Notes: a model not told the origin generated them from the letters alone. Counted from the stretch's first letter, positions 40,771-50,082 are shown. The stretch is 64,000 bases of DNA from an uncultured Synergistales bacterium (GCA_964410915.1 CAYPIU010000001.1:84917-148916), one strand, 5' to 3'. Numbers and translations are program-made.

Positions 40771-41625
40771 ATGACAGAACAACAGAACTCTAATGGAGTG
40801 AGAGTTACAGTTATCGGAGCTGGTGTACTTGGAAGTGCAATTGCAAAAAATATGGCCAAAAATGGGTATCAGGTTCATGCGACAAGACGCAGGCCTGAAA
40901 AGGCAAAGGATCTTGAAAATTTTGGTATTACTGTAAGTAATGATAATAAAAGGGCTGTTTCCGAAGCTGAAGTAGTATTTTTTGCATTGAAACCATACAA
41001 TGTCATTCCTGCTGCACGTGAGTTGTCAGATGTCATGGACGGCAAACTTTGTATTTCTATGGCAGCAGGACTTGATCTGGATCTTCTAACATCAGTTTTC
41101 CCTGATGTGAAATGGGTAAGAGCAATGACAAATACTTGTGTTGCAGTACAAAAGGGTTTTACAGTCTATTGTCCCTGTAAATTAGTTCAGGATTCCGAGG
41201 CAAAGCTGATAGAATCTCTATTTGCTACAATGGGTGAAGTAGAAAAGGTGGAGGAACGTTTCATGAATCCACTGACAGCGATTTCAGGATCAGGACCAGC
41301 TTACTTTTATACTGTCATTGAGGCCTTGACATTTGGCGGATTGAAGGTCGGGATACCTAGAGATCTTGCATGCAGAGCGGCAGCTCATACTGCTGTAGGC
41401 GCTGCAGAACTGCTTCTTGAGCGAGGTCTTCATCCTGCGGAACTTAGAGATCAGGTTCTGACCCCAGGAGGTACCACCATTGAAGGTATTTATGAACTTG
41501 AAGTTTCACAGATCAGAGCAAACTTTATGAATGCTGTTACAGCTGCAACTAAAAGAGGTAATCAACTTGCTGAGATCGTTCGTGAACAGGCATGGAAACA
41601 GTTGGAAGAGGATAATGAAAAATAA
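40771..41625 (+). CDS. proC: pyrroline-5-carboxylate reductase
   Basis: Rossmann motif VIGAGVLGSAIA and the C-terminal signature PGGTTIEG. Confidence 0.85.
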   Translation: MTEQQNSNGVRVTVIGAGVLGSAIAKNMAKNGYQVHATRRRPEKAKDLENFGITVSNDNKRAVSEAEVVFFALKPYNVIPAARELSDVMDGKLCISMAAGLDLDLLTSVFPDVKWVRAMTNTCVAVQKGFTVYCPCKLVQDSEAKLIESLFATMGEVEKVEERFMNPLTAISGSGPAYFYTVIEALTFGGLKVGIPRDLACRAAAHTAVGAAELLLERGLHPAELRDQVLTPGGTTIEGIYELEVSQIRANFMNAVTAATKRGNQLAEIVREQAWKQLEEDNEK

Positions 41626-41640
41626 CTTGTAACTATTAAG

Positions 41641-41690
41641 AGCAGAGAGGAAAAGAGAATCTATTTTTCTCATCTTTCCCTCTCTGCTCT
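41641..41690. terminator. long imperfect hairpin between convergent proC and AOR (bidirectional terminator)
   Basis: AGCAGAGAGGAAAAGA ... TCTTTCCCTCTCTGCT: 16-bp arms with one mismatch, plus an inner GAGAA/TTCTC pairing. Confidence 0.6.
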
Positions 41691-41702
41691 TTATAATATT
41701 AC

Positions 41703-43868
41703 TTAATCATACTGATCCTCTGCTTTTGAAACCCTGTTTACGAGTTCAACAAGTTCCGGTAAGTCCATACCGAGCTCTTTTAGTTTGCCAATTGTAGGGA
41801 TACCTCTTTTGTCCCATCCACGTCTGTAATAAACAGTGTCAACAAGATCATTCCATTGCTTCATTCTAATTTTCCTTAACTTCTCGATCTTGCTCTCAAC
41901 ATTTATTTGTGAAGGGTCTATTCCATTTTCCTTCAGTTCCTGATCATAATACTCTTTTCGTGCATTCCATTCCGCGGGGAATACTGGACCCATAGCCCTA
42001 TAGGGGATATTATGAAATTCTCTTGTGCCTTTACCCATTCTTATCTGGAAAAGCTGCTGGAAGTTATAAATTCTCTCTGACATAAGAATCAGGTCTTCAC
42101 TTGTTACTGTACGTCCAGTGACTGCATTGAAAACATCAACATAGTTCTGGAGATGTTCTGGAACTTTTGCAGCTTCGTAGGGAGGGTATTTTGTACTGTT
42201 ATCTGCAGGTTCGATATCATTCCATGGAAGTTTGCATGCTCCCACAAGAGAAAACCATGTTCTGAAAAGCGGGAAGTAATGTAAAGCTTCTGCCTTGTCT
42301 TCAAAAGTGGGTATTCTTTTGTCAACGCGGTCCATTATTATCAACCATGCTTCATCATGTTGAGGTCCCTTAAGAGTCAGGAAATATCCCCCCCACTGAG
42401 CAATGGATTCTTTACTCACATATTCAGATACTTCGACTCCCTGTCCCTCCATTGCTATATCCTGAATGATATCCTGCGGTGCTCCATATTCCTTAATCAA
42501 TGCTTCTTTCATCCTTTTTACGCCTTTATTTACCTGATTTGCAAAATAGCTTTTACCGTTTGCCATTCTATGGATCAGTTCCATCAGATCTTTTCTGTTA
42601 CCGAATTTTAAATCCAGTCCTTCAGTATTGACTGGAGAAAGATATCCTCTTTCAAAACATTCACATATAAAAGCCATAGTTGTTCCCATTGAAATAGTGT
42701 CAAATCCATAATAGTCAGCATAGTAGTTGGCCTCAATTGTCCATGAAGGGTCAAATATTCCAATATTGGAACCAAGAGCAGCACAGGTTTCATATTCAGG
42801 CCCATCAACATTGACGATCTTTCCCTTCGATGGCCCGGTCTGGATCTCAAAACTGTCAACTGATTTTGAACATCCCATAGTACAGCCATACCAGCATCCG
42901 TCCGGGATATTCTGAGTATAGATATCAGCATATACACTTGAAGTGATCTTTTCAGTTTCTTTATGCTGGCCAAACTGGTAGTTGTTCACAGGGAGAAGAT
43001 GATATTGATCCATTATTTCAACAAGGTGACTTGTTCCGGTTGTTCTCATCTTACACTGGAGATGGTCGAGCTGGAACATCTCTTTATGGGCCTTAATTCC
43101 GGTTTTCTTTAGTGTTTCAAAGTCGCTTACTCCATGCTGGATATCCTTGGAAGTTTTCTTTTTTACTACTATAGCTGCGATCTTTTTATCTCTGAGTATA
43201 GTTCCGCCTCCGCCCCTTCCAGCCTGTTTCAAGCGAAAAGAACTTCGCCTGGTATCATAAAAACTGGTGTTTAGACATCCCCAGAAAGAATTTTCAGATG
43301 CCTTACCTGTAGAAATCACAGAAATCGATCTTTTATCATCTTCGCAATCCGAAAAATGCTCATGAAGTGATTCAGTAATGTTGTAACTATTGAGATCTAT
43401 GAAAGGGGATTCCAGGAATTGAACCCTGTCATTGTCACCATCAATAAAAACAATGATATCCTGTTCTGATTTGTTTTGAATCTCAACGGCATCCCATCCA
43501 GCAAACTTCAGTAAGGGGCCAAAATGTCCACCGGAATTGCTGTCGTAAGTTTGTTCAGAGAGAGGAGAAAGAAAGACGGCGTAGAATTTTCCCATTCCGG
43601 GATATTGGGTTATCCCGCATAAAGGTCCACCTGATATTACAATTTCGTTTTCAGGATCATCCCATTTCGTATTGCTATCCACAGCATCCCATAATAACTT
43701 AAGCCCGAAACCTCTTCCCCCCGTAAACCTTGACTTCATTGACTCAGAAACTGGCCTTGAATCACATGTATAACCACTTACATCGATGTAAAGACTTCTT
43801 CCCGTATATCCGTTTTTCGGAATTATTTCCTCGTAATTCCATTGTCCAAGAATCTTCAGATCTTTCAT
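41703..43868 (-). CDS. aor: aldehyde:ferredoxin oxidoreductase family protein (tungsto/molybdopterin, [4Fe-4S])
   Basis: 721 aa. Contains AOR_N-type GRGFGLKLLW, GPEYETCAALGSN, YGFDTIS, and the Cys cluster CWYGCTMGC. AAGGGAGA Shine-Dalgarno sequence. Confidence 0.85.
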   Translation of the reverse strand: MKDLKILGQWNYEEIIPKNGYTGRSLYIDVSGYTCDSRPVSESMKSRFTGGRGFGLKLLWDAVDSNTKWDDPENEIVISGGPLCGITQYPGMGKFYAVFLSPLSEQTYDSNSGGHFGPLLKFAGWDAVEIQNKSEQDIIVFIDGDNDRVQFLESPFIDLNSYNITESLHEHFSDCEDDKRSISVISTGKASENSFWGCLNTSFYDTRRSSFRLKQAGRGGGGTILRDKKIAAIVVKKKTSKDIQHGVSDFETLKKTGIKAHKEMFQLDHLQCKMRTTGTSHLVEIMDQYHLLPVNNYQFGQHKETEKITSSVYADIYTQNIPDGCWYGCTMGCSKSVDSFEIQTGPSKGKIVNVDGPEYETCAALGSNIGIFDPSWTIEANYYADYYGFDTISMGTTMAFICECFERGYLSPVNTEGLDLKFGNRKDLMELIHRMANGKSYFANQVNKGVKRMKEALIKEYGAPQDIIQDIAMEGQGVEVSEYVSKESIAQWGGYFLTLKGPQHDEAWLIIMDRVDKRIPTFEDKAEALHYFPLFRTWFSLVGACKLPWNDIEPADNSTKYPPYEAAKVPEHLQNYVDVFNAVTGRTVTSEDLILMSERIYNFQQLFQIRMGKGTREFHNIPYRAMGPVFPAEWNARKEYYDQELKENGIDPSQINVESKIEKLRKIRMKQWNDLVDTVYYRRGWDKRGIPTIGKLKELGMDLPELVELVNRVSKAEDQYD

Positions 43869-43993
43869 AAGGAATCTCCCTTCTAACCAATCATTAAGAG
43901 GTTTGTTTCGTGGTTAACTGTAAGATATGAATTGAAAGATTTCTGACAGTATTGCCTTAAAAGATCATTGAAAAGATATAATATTCTAATTTT

Positions 43994-44022
43994 AATATAC
44001 AGGATATTATGATATTTTCCAA
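43994..44022 (-). promoter_or_regulatory. candidate promoter for the AOR gene
   Basis: On the minus strand: TTGGAA - 17 nt - TATATT, within an AT-rich 281-nt divergent intergenic region. Confidence 0.3.
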
Positions 44023-44149
44023 TTTTAGTAAGATAGAGTGAAACTATCAGAACAGAAATTCTTTTAGTGATCAACAAAATCGTGATATCTTTAACCTAAA
44101 CTCAAATAATCTTATTAAAAGAATAATGAAATATTCTGAATAACATGGA

Positions 44150-45049
44150 GTGGTTTTTTTGTTAGATGTGGCTAAAATCCAGTCTTATGCAGAAATGATC
44201 GGAGAGACGGCAATAAAAGGGGTCTTATTAGAATTGAGTTGCACTCCAAAACCTGGTTTAGTTGACAGACACAATAACGGCGCGAATCAGGATATGGATT
44301 TTGTGCTTTTCACTATTAGTTCTTCTGTACTTAGTGTTTCTTTTCCCGGGTTTGCAAAGATCGGTATTGAACATAAAGGTAAGATCAGTGAATTATTACC
44401 GGAATTACGAAAATATGGAAGAAACATAGAAAAATGGATGTTTAAAGTTACAGGAGGTGTAAACACACAAAAAGGGCTGATCTTTTTGATGGGATTAGTA
44501 TGTTCTGCTGCTGGAACGCTTATAAGGGATGGTTATTTTCCAATAGAACCAGAAATTCTTTCAAAGCGTGTCCGTGAGATAACTTTCGGGATAGTAAAAA
44601 GAGAACTTGACCAATTAGATGAGCGGACAAAGAGACATCTCACCAAGGGGGAGTCTCTTTATCTCAAATATGGTATCAAAGGAATTCGTGGTGAAGTTGA
44701 AGCTGGTCTTCCTTGTGTTTTCAAAGGAAGTTTAAGGGAACTGTCCATGTCCCTTGAAAGGGGAATGAGTCTGAACGACTCCTCAGTTAATACCCTGTTA
44801 AGAATAATCACTCTTCTTGATGATACCAATGTAATGTCAAGATCATCTCCCGATGCTTTGTATCACATAGTTAGGCCAATGGCCGAGAGTGCATTATCAA
44901 TAGGTGGAATGGGAACAATTGAGGGGCAAAATGCCATTTCTGATATGGATAGATTCTTTATTGACAAAAATATCAACCCCGGCGGATCAGCTGACATTTT
45001 AGCTGTTACGATCATGATCTATTACCTTTCAAGAGTAGATTTTGACTAA
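44150..45049 (+). CDS. citG: triphosphoribosyl-dephospho-CoA synthase family protein (CitG/MdcB-like)
   Basis: LLELSCTPKPGLVDRHNNGANQDMDF matches the CitG N-terminal signature, and GGSADILA lies near the C-terminus. The start may be TTG 44159. Confidence 0.7.
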   Translation: MVFLLDVAKIQSYAEMIGETAIKGVLLELSCTPKPGLVDRHNNGANQDMDFVLFTISSSVLSVSFPGFAKIGIEHKGKISELLPELRKYGRNIEKWMFKVTGGVNTQKGLIFLMGLVCSAAGTLIRDGYFPIEPEILSKRVREITFGIVKRELDQLDERTKRHLTKGESLYLKYGIKGIRGEVEAGLPCVFKGSLRELSMSLERGMSLNDSSVNTLLRIITLLDDTNVMSRSSPDALYHIVRPMAESALSIGGMGTIEGQNAISDMDRFFIDKNINPGGSADILAVTIMIYYLSRVDFD

Positions 45050-45315
45050 ACTCAGAATCTTTTATTGATTCTTTGCTTGAAAAATATTTTAAGGGATCAT
45101 CAGTGAATATATTTAAGATCTCTTTAGATACACAGAAATAATGAGTATGTGATCTTTTGTTCCCAGCACAACTGAATTAAGTTTTTTATACAATGCAGCA
45201 CAAATCTGAATAGATGGGATCTTTTTTTATAATCAAGTTTTCAAGTTGAATAAGTTTCTTACTTGATATATTCTTTGGAAGGTAATTTTCTCAATTTTTT
45301 TAGGAGGTTAGCAGA

Positions 45316-46674
45316 ATGTCTAAAAACGCGAATTACAACATTGCGCCCGAGAACGTACTGTCCTCAATTTCGAATTGGCTTCTAAGGGACGGTTTTGATA
45401 TTGTTATTGATATGGAACGTTCCAGGGGTAGTCATATAGTTGATGCTGTGAGTGGAGAATCTTGGATAGACTTTTATACTTTCTTCGCATCCGCTCCTTT
45501 TGGCATGAATCATCCGCAACTTGAAACTGACGAATTCAAGGATCGGATATTTCGAGCTGCGATAAATAAAGTTTCCAATTCAGATATTTATACAAAAGAA
45601 TTTGCCGAGTTTGTTAATACCTTTGGTGAAATTGCAGTACCTGAAGGTTTTAATCACCTCTTTTTTATAGATTACGGGACTCTTGCAGTTGAAAATGCCC
45701 TTAAAGCAGCAATGGACTGGAAAGTCCGGAAACTGTTATTAAGGGGAGCTATTAACGAAGGGGACGCTTTTAGAGGCAGGAAAGGGACTAAAGTCATATA
45801 TCTCAATGAAGCATTTCACGGTAGAAGTGGCTATACAATGAGCATGACTAATACACATGACCCTAATAAAGTAAAATATTTTGCCAAATTTGACAATTGG
45901 AAAAGAGTTCTTAATCCGAAAATATTCTGGCCTCTTGAAAATAATCTTGAAATGATCAAATGGGCGGAGGATGTTTCAATAAAACAGATAAACGAGACTA
46001 TTGCAGATGATCCGGATGGGATATGTGCCATAGTTCTGGAAACTATTCAGGGAGAGGGAGGAGATAATCATTTTAGAACTGAATACCTCAAGTCCCTCAG
46101 GAAGATCTGCGATGAAAATGAAATTCTTCTGGTCTTTGATGAAGTACAGTGCGGTATGGGGATAACAGGGAAAATGTGGGCCTGGCAGCAGCATGGAGTA
46201 AAGCCGGATATTTTTGCTTTTGGGAAAAAGGCACAGGTATGCGGGATATGTGCTGGGCCAAGGCTTGATGAAACAAATGCCAACTGCTGGGATATTTCGA
46301 GTAGACTGAATTCCACATGGGGTGGAAATATAGTTGATATGGTACGTTCACAAAAATTCCTTGAGATATACAGGGATGAAAATATTCTTGATCATGTTTC
46401 CAATACAGCGGGGCCGATCCTTCAGGATTCTCTGCATGAACTCCAAAGCGAGTTTCCTGTAATAAGCAATGTAAGAGGAAAAGGCCTGATGTGTGCATAT
46501 GATCTTCCGGATACTGACACCCGTAATAAACTTCTTAAACTTCTTCATTCCAGAAAGATGTTGATCCTGCCATGCGGATCAAGGTCAATTCGTTACAGAC
46601 CTGCTCTCAACGTTCCTGTTGAAGATATTGCCAAAGGGATGGAGATCTCCAGAGAGTGTCTCAAAGAACTTTAA
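45316..46674 (+). CDS. lat: L-lysine 6-aminotransferase (class-III PLP aminotransferase)
   Basis: Blocks FTFFASAPFGMNHP, NKVSNSDIY, AVENALKAAMDWK, AFHGRSGYT, IQGEGGDNHFR, FDEVQCGMGITG, FGKKAQVCG and SRLNSTWGGN parallel the mycobacterial Lat sequence as I recall it. Confidence 0.8.
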   Translation: MSKNANYNIAPENVLSSISNWLLRDGFDIVIDMERSRGSHIVDAVSGESWIDFYTFFASAPFGMNHPQLETDEFKDRIFRAAINKVSNSDIYTKEFAEFVNTFGEIAVPEGFNHLFFIDYGTLAVENALKAAMDWKVRKLLLRGAINEGDAFRGRKGTKVIYLNEAFHGRSGYTMSMTNTHDPNKVKYFAKFDNWKRVLNPKIFWPLENNLEMIKWAEDVSIKQINETIADDPDGICAIVLETIQGEGGDNHFRTEYLKSLRKICDENEILLVFDEVQCGMGITGKMWAWQQHGVKPDIFAFGKKAQVCGICAGPRLDETNANCWDISSRLNSTWGGNIVDMVRSQKFLEIYRDENILDHVSNTAGPILQDSLHELQSEFPVISNVRGKGLMCAYDLPDTDTRNKLLKLLHSRKMLILPCGSRSIRYRPALNVPVEDIAKGMEISRECLKEL

Positions 46675-46731
46675 AAATTACATTAATCTGAAATTCTGAT
46701 GATTTCAGGCAATTGAAATTCATAAGCCCAG

Positions 46732-46760
46732 TTGACAACAGTTATAGGGAATTGTACAAT
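46732..46760 (+). promoter_or_regulatory. sigma-70 promoter of tRNA-Val
   Basis: TTGACA - 17 nt - TACAAT. The tRNA starts 12 nt after the -10 element. Confidence 0.6.
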
Positions 46761-46771
46761 CTTGCAGCATT

Positions 46772-46846
46772 GGGTGGTTAGTTCAGAGGAAGAACGCTTC
46801 CTTGACGCGGAAGAGGTCACAGGTTCGAGTCCTGTACCACCCACCA
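46772..46846 (+). tRNA. tRNA-Val (anticodon GAC)
   Basis: Acceptor GGGTGGT/ACCACCC, anticodon arm CTTCC-TTGACGC-GGAAG, T-loop GGTTCGAGTCC, encoded CCA. Confidence 0.9.
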
Positions 46847-46857
46847 ATAGGCGTTCC

Positions 46858-46883
46858 AAGCGGCCCTAAAAGGCCGCTTTTTT
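46858..46883 (+). terminator. rho-independent terminator after tRNA-Val
   Basis: AAGCGGCC-ctaaaa-GGCCGCTT followed by TTTT. Confidence 0.8.
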
Positions 46884-46956
46884 GTTGTTTGATATATAAT
46901 ATTCTCAGAGTTCCTTATATTGCCTTGAACTATTTTTTCTTGAGGAGTGTCATAAA

Positions 46957-47325
46957 GTGATTAAAGGACTGGGTGTTGATCTTTGTTCTAGCAGCAGGAT
47001 GAAGAGTAAAATAAGGAATAGTCATTTTGTTAAAAAGGTATTCACTCCAGAGGAGATAAACTATTCAAAATCAGGTAAATACCCCGAGAAACATTTTGCT
47101 TCTTCTTTTGCTGCCAGAGAAGCTTTTGCCAAGGCAAGCGGTCTTGGCCTTTTTCAGGTTGTTTTCCATGGTGTATGGTTAGACAGAACAAATCCTGTAC
47201 CTGTGCTTGGAATCTCACAAAAGATTATTGAAACTATTGCTCCTGATGGTAATCTTAAGACCTGGGTAAGCATTAGTCATGAATATGATCTTACAGTTGC
47301 AGTTGTAATACTGGAGGTGAGTTAG
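46957..47325 (+). CDS. acpS: holo-[ACP] synthase (4'-phosphopantetheinyl transferase)
   Basis: 122 aa with IKGLGVDL at the N-terminus and FAAREAFAKA. GTG start. Confidence 0.85.
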   Translation: MIKGLGVDLCSSSRMKSKIRNSHFVKKVFTPEEINYSKSGKYPEKHFASSFAAREAFAKASGLGLFQVVFHGVWLDRTNPVPVLGISQKIIETIAPDGNLKTWVSISHEYDLTVAVVILEVS

Positions 47326-47327
47326 AT

Positions 47328-48857
47328 ATCTATCTTTTTACCAGTGCTTCAATAAAACAAGCAGATAGAAGAGCAATTGATGAGCTACGTATCTCCGGAG
47401 AAGTGCTCATGGAAAATGCAGGTCTGATATCTGCCCGGAAGATATTGGAAATCTTTTCACCCTCCAGTGCATGCATACTTGCCGGTCCCGGGAATAACGG
47501 TGGAGATGGTTATGTAATAGCTCGACATCTTTTAAATTCCGGGTTAAAAGTCAGGATTATTTCTTCCGTGGATCCATCCAATTTAAAGGGAGATGCAAGA
47601 ACACATTATATTACTGCAGAAAAACTTGGTCTGGAAATATCTGTATCCCGGGAAGTTTCAGATAATAATATTCTTGAGAAGATCAATAGTTCTGATCTTA
47701 TTATTGACTGTTTACTGGGGACAGGGAGTTCTGGTTCTCCAAGAGGACAAATTGCCCGTCTTATTTCGCTAACAGGAACAGATTCAGAAGTAGTCTCAAT
47801 AGATCTCCCAAGTGGAATTGATCCAGATACGGGTAAAGTTTTTGAGCCAGCTATATCTGCATCTCTTACTCTTACAATGCTTGCTCCAAAGGTTGGACTG
47901 TTTGTCATGCCAGCTTCAAAATATACAGGTGTGATCGAAACTGTATGTATTGGAGTAGATTCGAGATTTATACTGAACGAACAGCATAGCAGAGCATTGG
48001 TTGCCGGGCCAGATGAGGTAAGGCTGGCTATACCTCATCGAAGGAACGACATACATAAAGGGGATCGTGGAACTCTGCTGATACTTGGAGGTTCTTCAGA
48101 ATACAAAGGGGCTTCCGTACTTTCATCTCTATCAGCACTTTATACAGGAAGTGGAATAGTGGTATCAGTAGGTGATAATTCTGTTGACAGATCCCTGGGA
48201 ACAATGATTCCGGAGGTTATTTCATACGGAATACAGACAACTGATCCATCAGATTATTTAAGGGAATTTGAAGAGAATGTCTGTCGATGGAAAGATAAAG
48301 CATCAGTTGCTCTTATTGGACCAGGTCTTAGCAGGTCTCCAATCAGAAAACAAATGTTCATCAGGATCTGGGATACCTGGGAAAAAACACTTGTAGTTGA
48401 TGGAGATGGGCTTTTCTGGCTTTCTGAGCTTAAAAGAACATTGAGTATAAGGAAGAATACAATTATAACTCCGCATGAAGGTGAAGCAGCTCGTTTAGCC
48501 GGTGTTTCTTCAAAGGAAGTTAAGAATAACAGGCTTGAAATTGCCAGGGAACTTGGCCTCAAATGGGGAGTATGCATTCTGAAGGGACCTAACACTATCG
48601 TGGACAATGGTGAAAGAACAGTAATAATTAGAGAAGGCAGTCCTTCTCTTTCTGTAGCGGGTTCAGGAGATGTTCTGGCCGGATGTGTTGCATCACTTGC
48701 TGCGTCAGGTATTCCGCTATTTGAATCAGCTTTTGCCGGAGCATGGATACACGGGAAATGCGGGAATCGTGTATATAATTCAATAGGGGTTGATGGAGTA
48801 CTGGCCCGAAATATTGCGGAAACCATACCTTCAGTGTTAACCGAACTCAGGTCATAA
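47328..48857 (+). CDS. nnr: bifunctional NAD(P)H-hydrate epimerase / ADP-dependent dehydratase; probable ATC start
   Basis: YjeF_N part (...ADRRAIDELRISGEVLMENAG...GPGNNGGDGYV) plus a carbohydrate-kinase part (GDRGTLLILGG...GSGDVLAG). The conserved N-terminus lies upstream of the first canonical start (GTG 47403). ATC 47328 lies 7 nt after GGAGGTGA. Confidence 0.8.
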   Translation: MYLFTSASIKQADRRAIDELRISGEVLMENAGLISARKILEIFSPSSACILAGPGNNGGDGYVIARHLLNSGLKVRIISSVDPSNLKGDARTHYITAEKLGLEISVSREVSDNNILEKINSSDLIIDCLLGTGSSGSPRGQIARLISLTGTDSEVVSIDLPSGIDPDTGKVFEPAISASLTLTMLAPKVGLFVMPASKYTGVIETVCIGVDSRFILNEQHSRALVAGPDEVRLAIPHRRNDIHKGDRGTLLILGGSSEYKGASVLSSLSALYTGSGIVVSVGDNSVDRSLGTMIPEVISYGIQTTDPSDYLREFEENVCRWKDKASVALIGPGLSRSPIRKQMFIRIWDTWEKTLVVDGDGLFWLSELKRTLSIRKNTIITPHEGEAARLAGVSSKEVKNNRLEIARELGLKWGVCILKGPNTIVDNGERTVIIREGSPSLSVAGSGDVLAGCVASLAASGIPLFESAFAGAWIHGKCGNRVYNSIGVDGVLARNIAETIPSVLTELRS

Positions 48858-48867
48858 TAAATTCCCG

Positions 48868-49416
48868 GTGAAATTAAATTTAATGGGGGAAGTGGCTATT
48901 TTGAACATTGAAGATAACTTTTCTGCAAAATCCTGTTCAATTCAGGACACTATTGATTTTGCAACTGGACTTGCCAGATATGTTTTCCCAGGACTTGTTA
49001 TAACTCTCTCTGGAGATCTTGGAACCGGGAAAACAGTAATAGCAAAAGCTCTTGCTCATGCCCTGGGTGCAGATAATACAAGAAGTCCGTCATTTACCAT
49101 AGTCAATGAATATAGTGGTTCGTTGCCGATAGCACATATTGATCTTTACAGGATAAATAAATGCTCGGAACAGGAATTTGATATCGAATATTATATTTCT
49201 AATGGATTCCTGGTTATTATTGAATGGCCTGAAAGACTTACCGAAAAACCTGGATCTGATATCTGGAATATAAGAATAGACTTTGACACAGATGAAAATG
49301 GCAATCTTTTGTTATCTAGACCATACAACAGGTCCTTTATACTTGCATCTGAAGGAAAGGAAGCTTCAATAAGACTCAGTAAATTTATCAATGAATTTTT
49401 AAAGGGGGATATCTGA
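48868..49416 (+). CDS. tsaE: tRNA t6A37 biosynthesis ATPase TsaE
   Basis: GDLGTGKT P-loop, PSFTIVNEY, and HIDLYR motifs. Confidence 0.8.
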   Translation: MKLNLMGEVAILNIEDNFSAKSCSIQDTIDFATGLARYVFPGLVITLSGDLGTGKTVIAKALAHALGADNTRSPSFTIVNEYSGSLPIAHIDLYRINKCSEQEFDIEYYISNGFLVIIEWPERLTEKPGSDIWNIRIDFDTDENGNLLLSRPYNRSFILASEGKEASIRLSKFINEFLKGDI

Positions 49417-49419
49417 ACT

Positions 49420-50082
49420 ATGGCCCTTATACTTGGAATAGATTCCTGCAGTAGATGGACTAATGTTGGACTTCTTGAAAACGGAAAACTGCTTGGTGAA
49501 ACAAATATGAACATAGGCAGGAAACAGGCTTCGATCTTACCTGGATTAGTAGAGGAGCTTTTCGAGTGCTGTCAAAGAAAATATAAACAGCTTGATTCTA
49601 TCGCGGTTACATCAGGACCTGGATATTTTACAGGTATAAGAATTGGCATGACCTACGCTGCAAGTTTTGCTGAGGCTCTTGACATAACGCTTATCCCAGT
49701 ATCGAGTCTTGAAACTCTGGTTCCCATATCCCACCCAGGTAATCAACCTGCTCTATCTGTCATTCCAAATGGAAAGAAAAGGGTCTTTGGAGTTATTTAT
49801 GAGGTAACGGGAGAAAATTACCAAGGTTTTTTTTCAAGTCCCTCGATCTATTATCCTGAGCAACTTACTGAATATATCAGGAAGCTTGGAACTGATATTC
49901 CCTGCTATACATCTGAACCTGATATTGCTGAAAATATACTTTCAGATACCGGACTCAAAAACTTTGTTTTTTCCATTTCCAGTGGTCTGAACGTTTCTAT
50001 GAAAGGCTATTCAAAATTAGCAGAAGCCAGATCCCCCTCTCTGGTAAGTCCTGTTTACCTGGCCCCTCCTCAAACCGGATAG
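49420..50082 (+). CDS. tsaB: tRNA t6A37 biosynthesis protein TsaB
   Basis: ILGIDS...VTSGPGYFTGIRIG (ASKHA-fold YeaZ pattern). Follows tsaE. Confidence 0.8.
   Translation: MALILGIDSCSRWTNVGLLENGKLLGETNMNIGRKQASILPGLVEELFECCQRKYKQLDSIAVTSGPGYFTGIRIGMTYAASFAEALDITLIPVSSLETLVPISHPGNQPALSVIPNGKKRVFGVIYEVTGENYQGFFSSPSIYYPEQLTEYIRKLGTDIPCYTSEPDIAENILSDTGLKNFVFSISSGLNVSMKGYSKLAEARSPSLVSPVYLAPPQTG

Noticed and set aside
45050-45315. Possible lysine (L-box) riboswitch in the long leader of the lysine aminotransferase gene.
   Set aside because: I could not find the conserved L-box core sequences or a multi-helix junction. The region is AT-rich with only short hairpins. An Rfam scan would settle it.
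48254-48826. Long antisense ORFs inside well-supported genes: 48254-48826(-), 61670-62296(-), 33310-33807(-), 10881-11339(-), 18225-18662(-), 35203-35673(-), 46097-46498(-).
   Set aside because: Each lies entirely opposite a gene with strong family motifs (nnr, ntpB, ftsH, the peptidase, glpX, uvrB, lat). They have low-complexity or Ser/Pro/Arg-rich translations and no Shine-Dalgarno sequence, so they are typical shadow ORFs.
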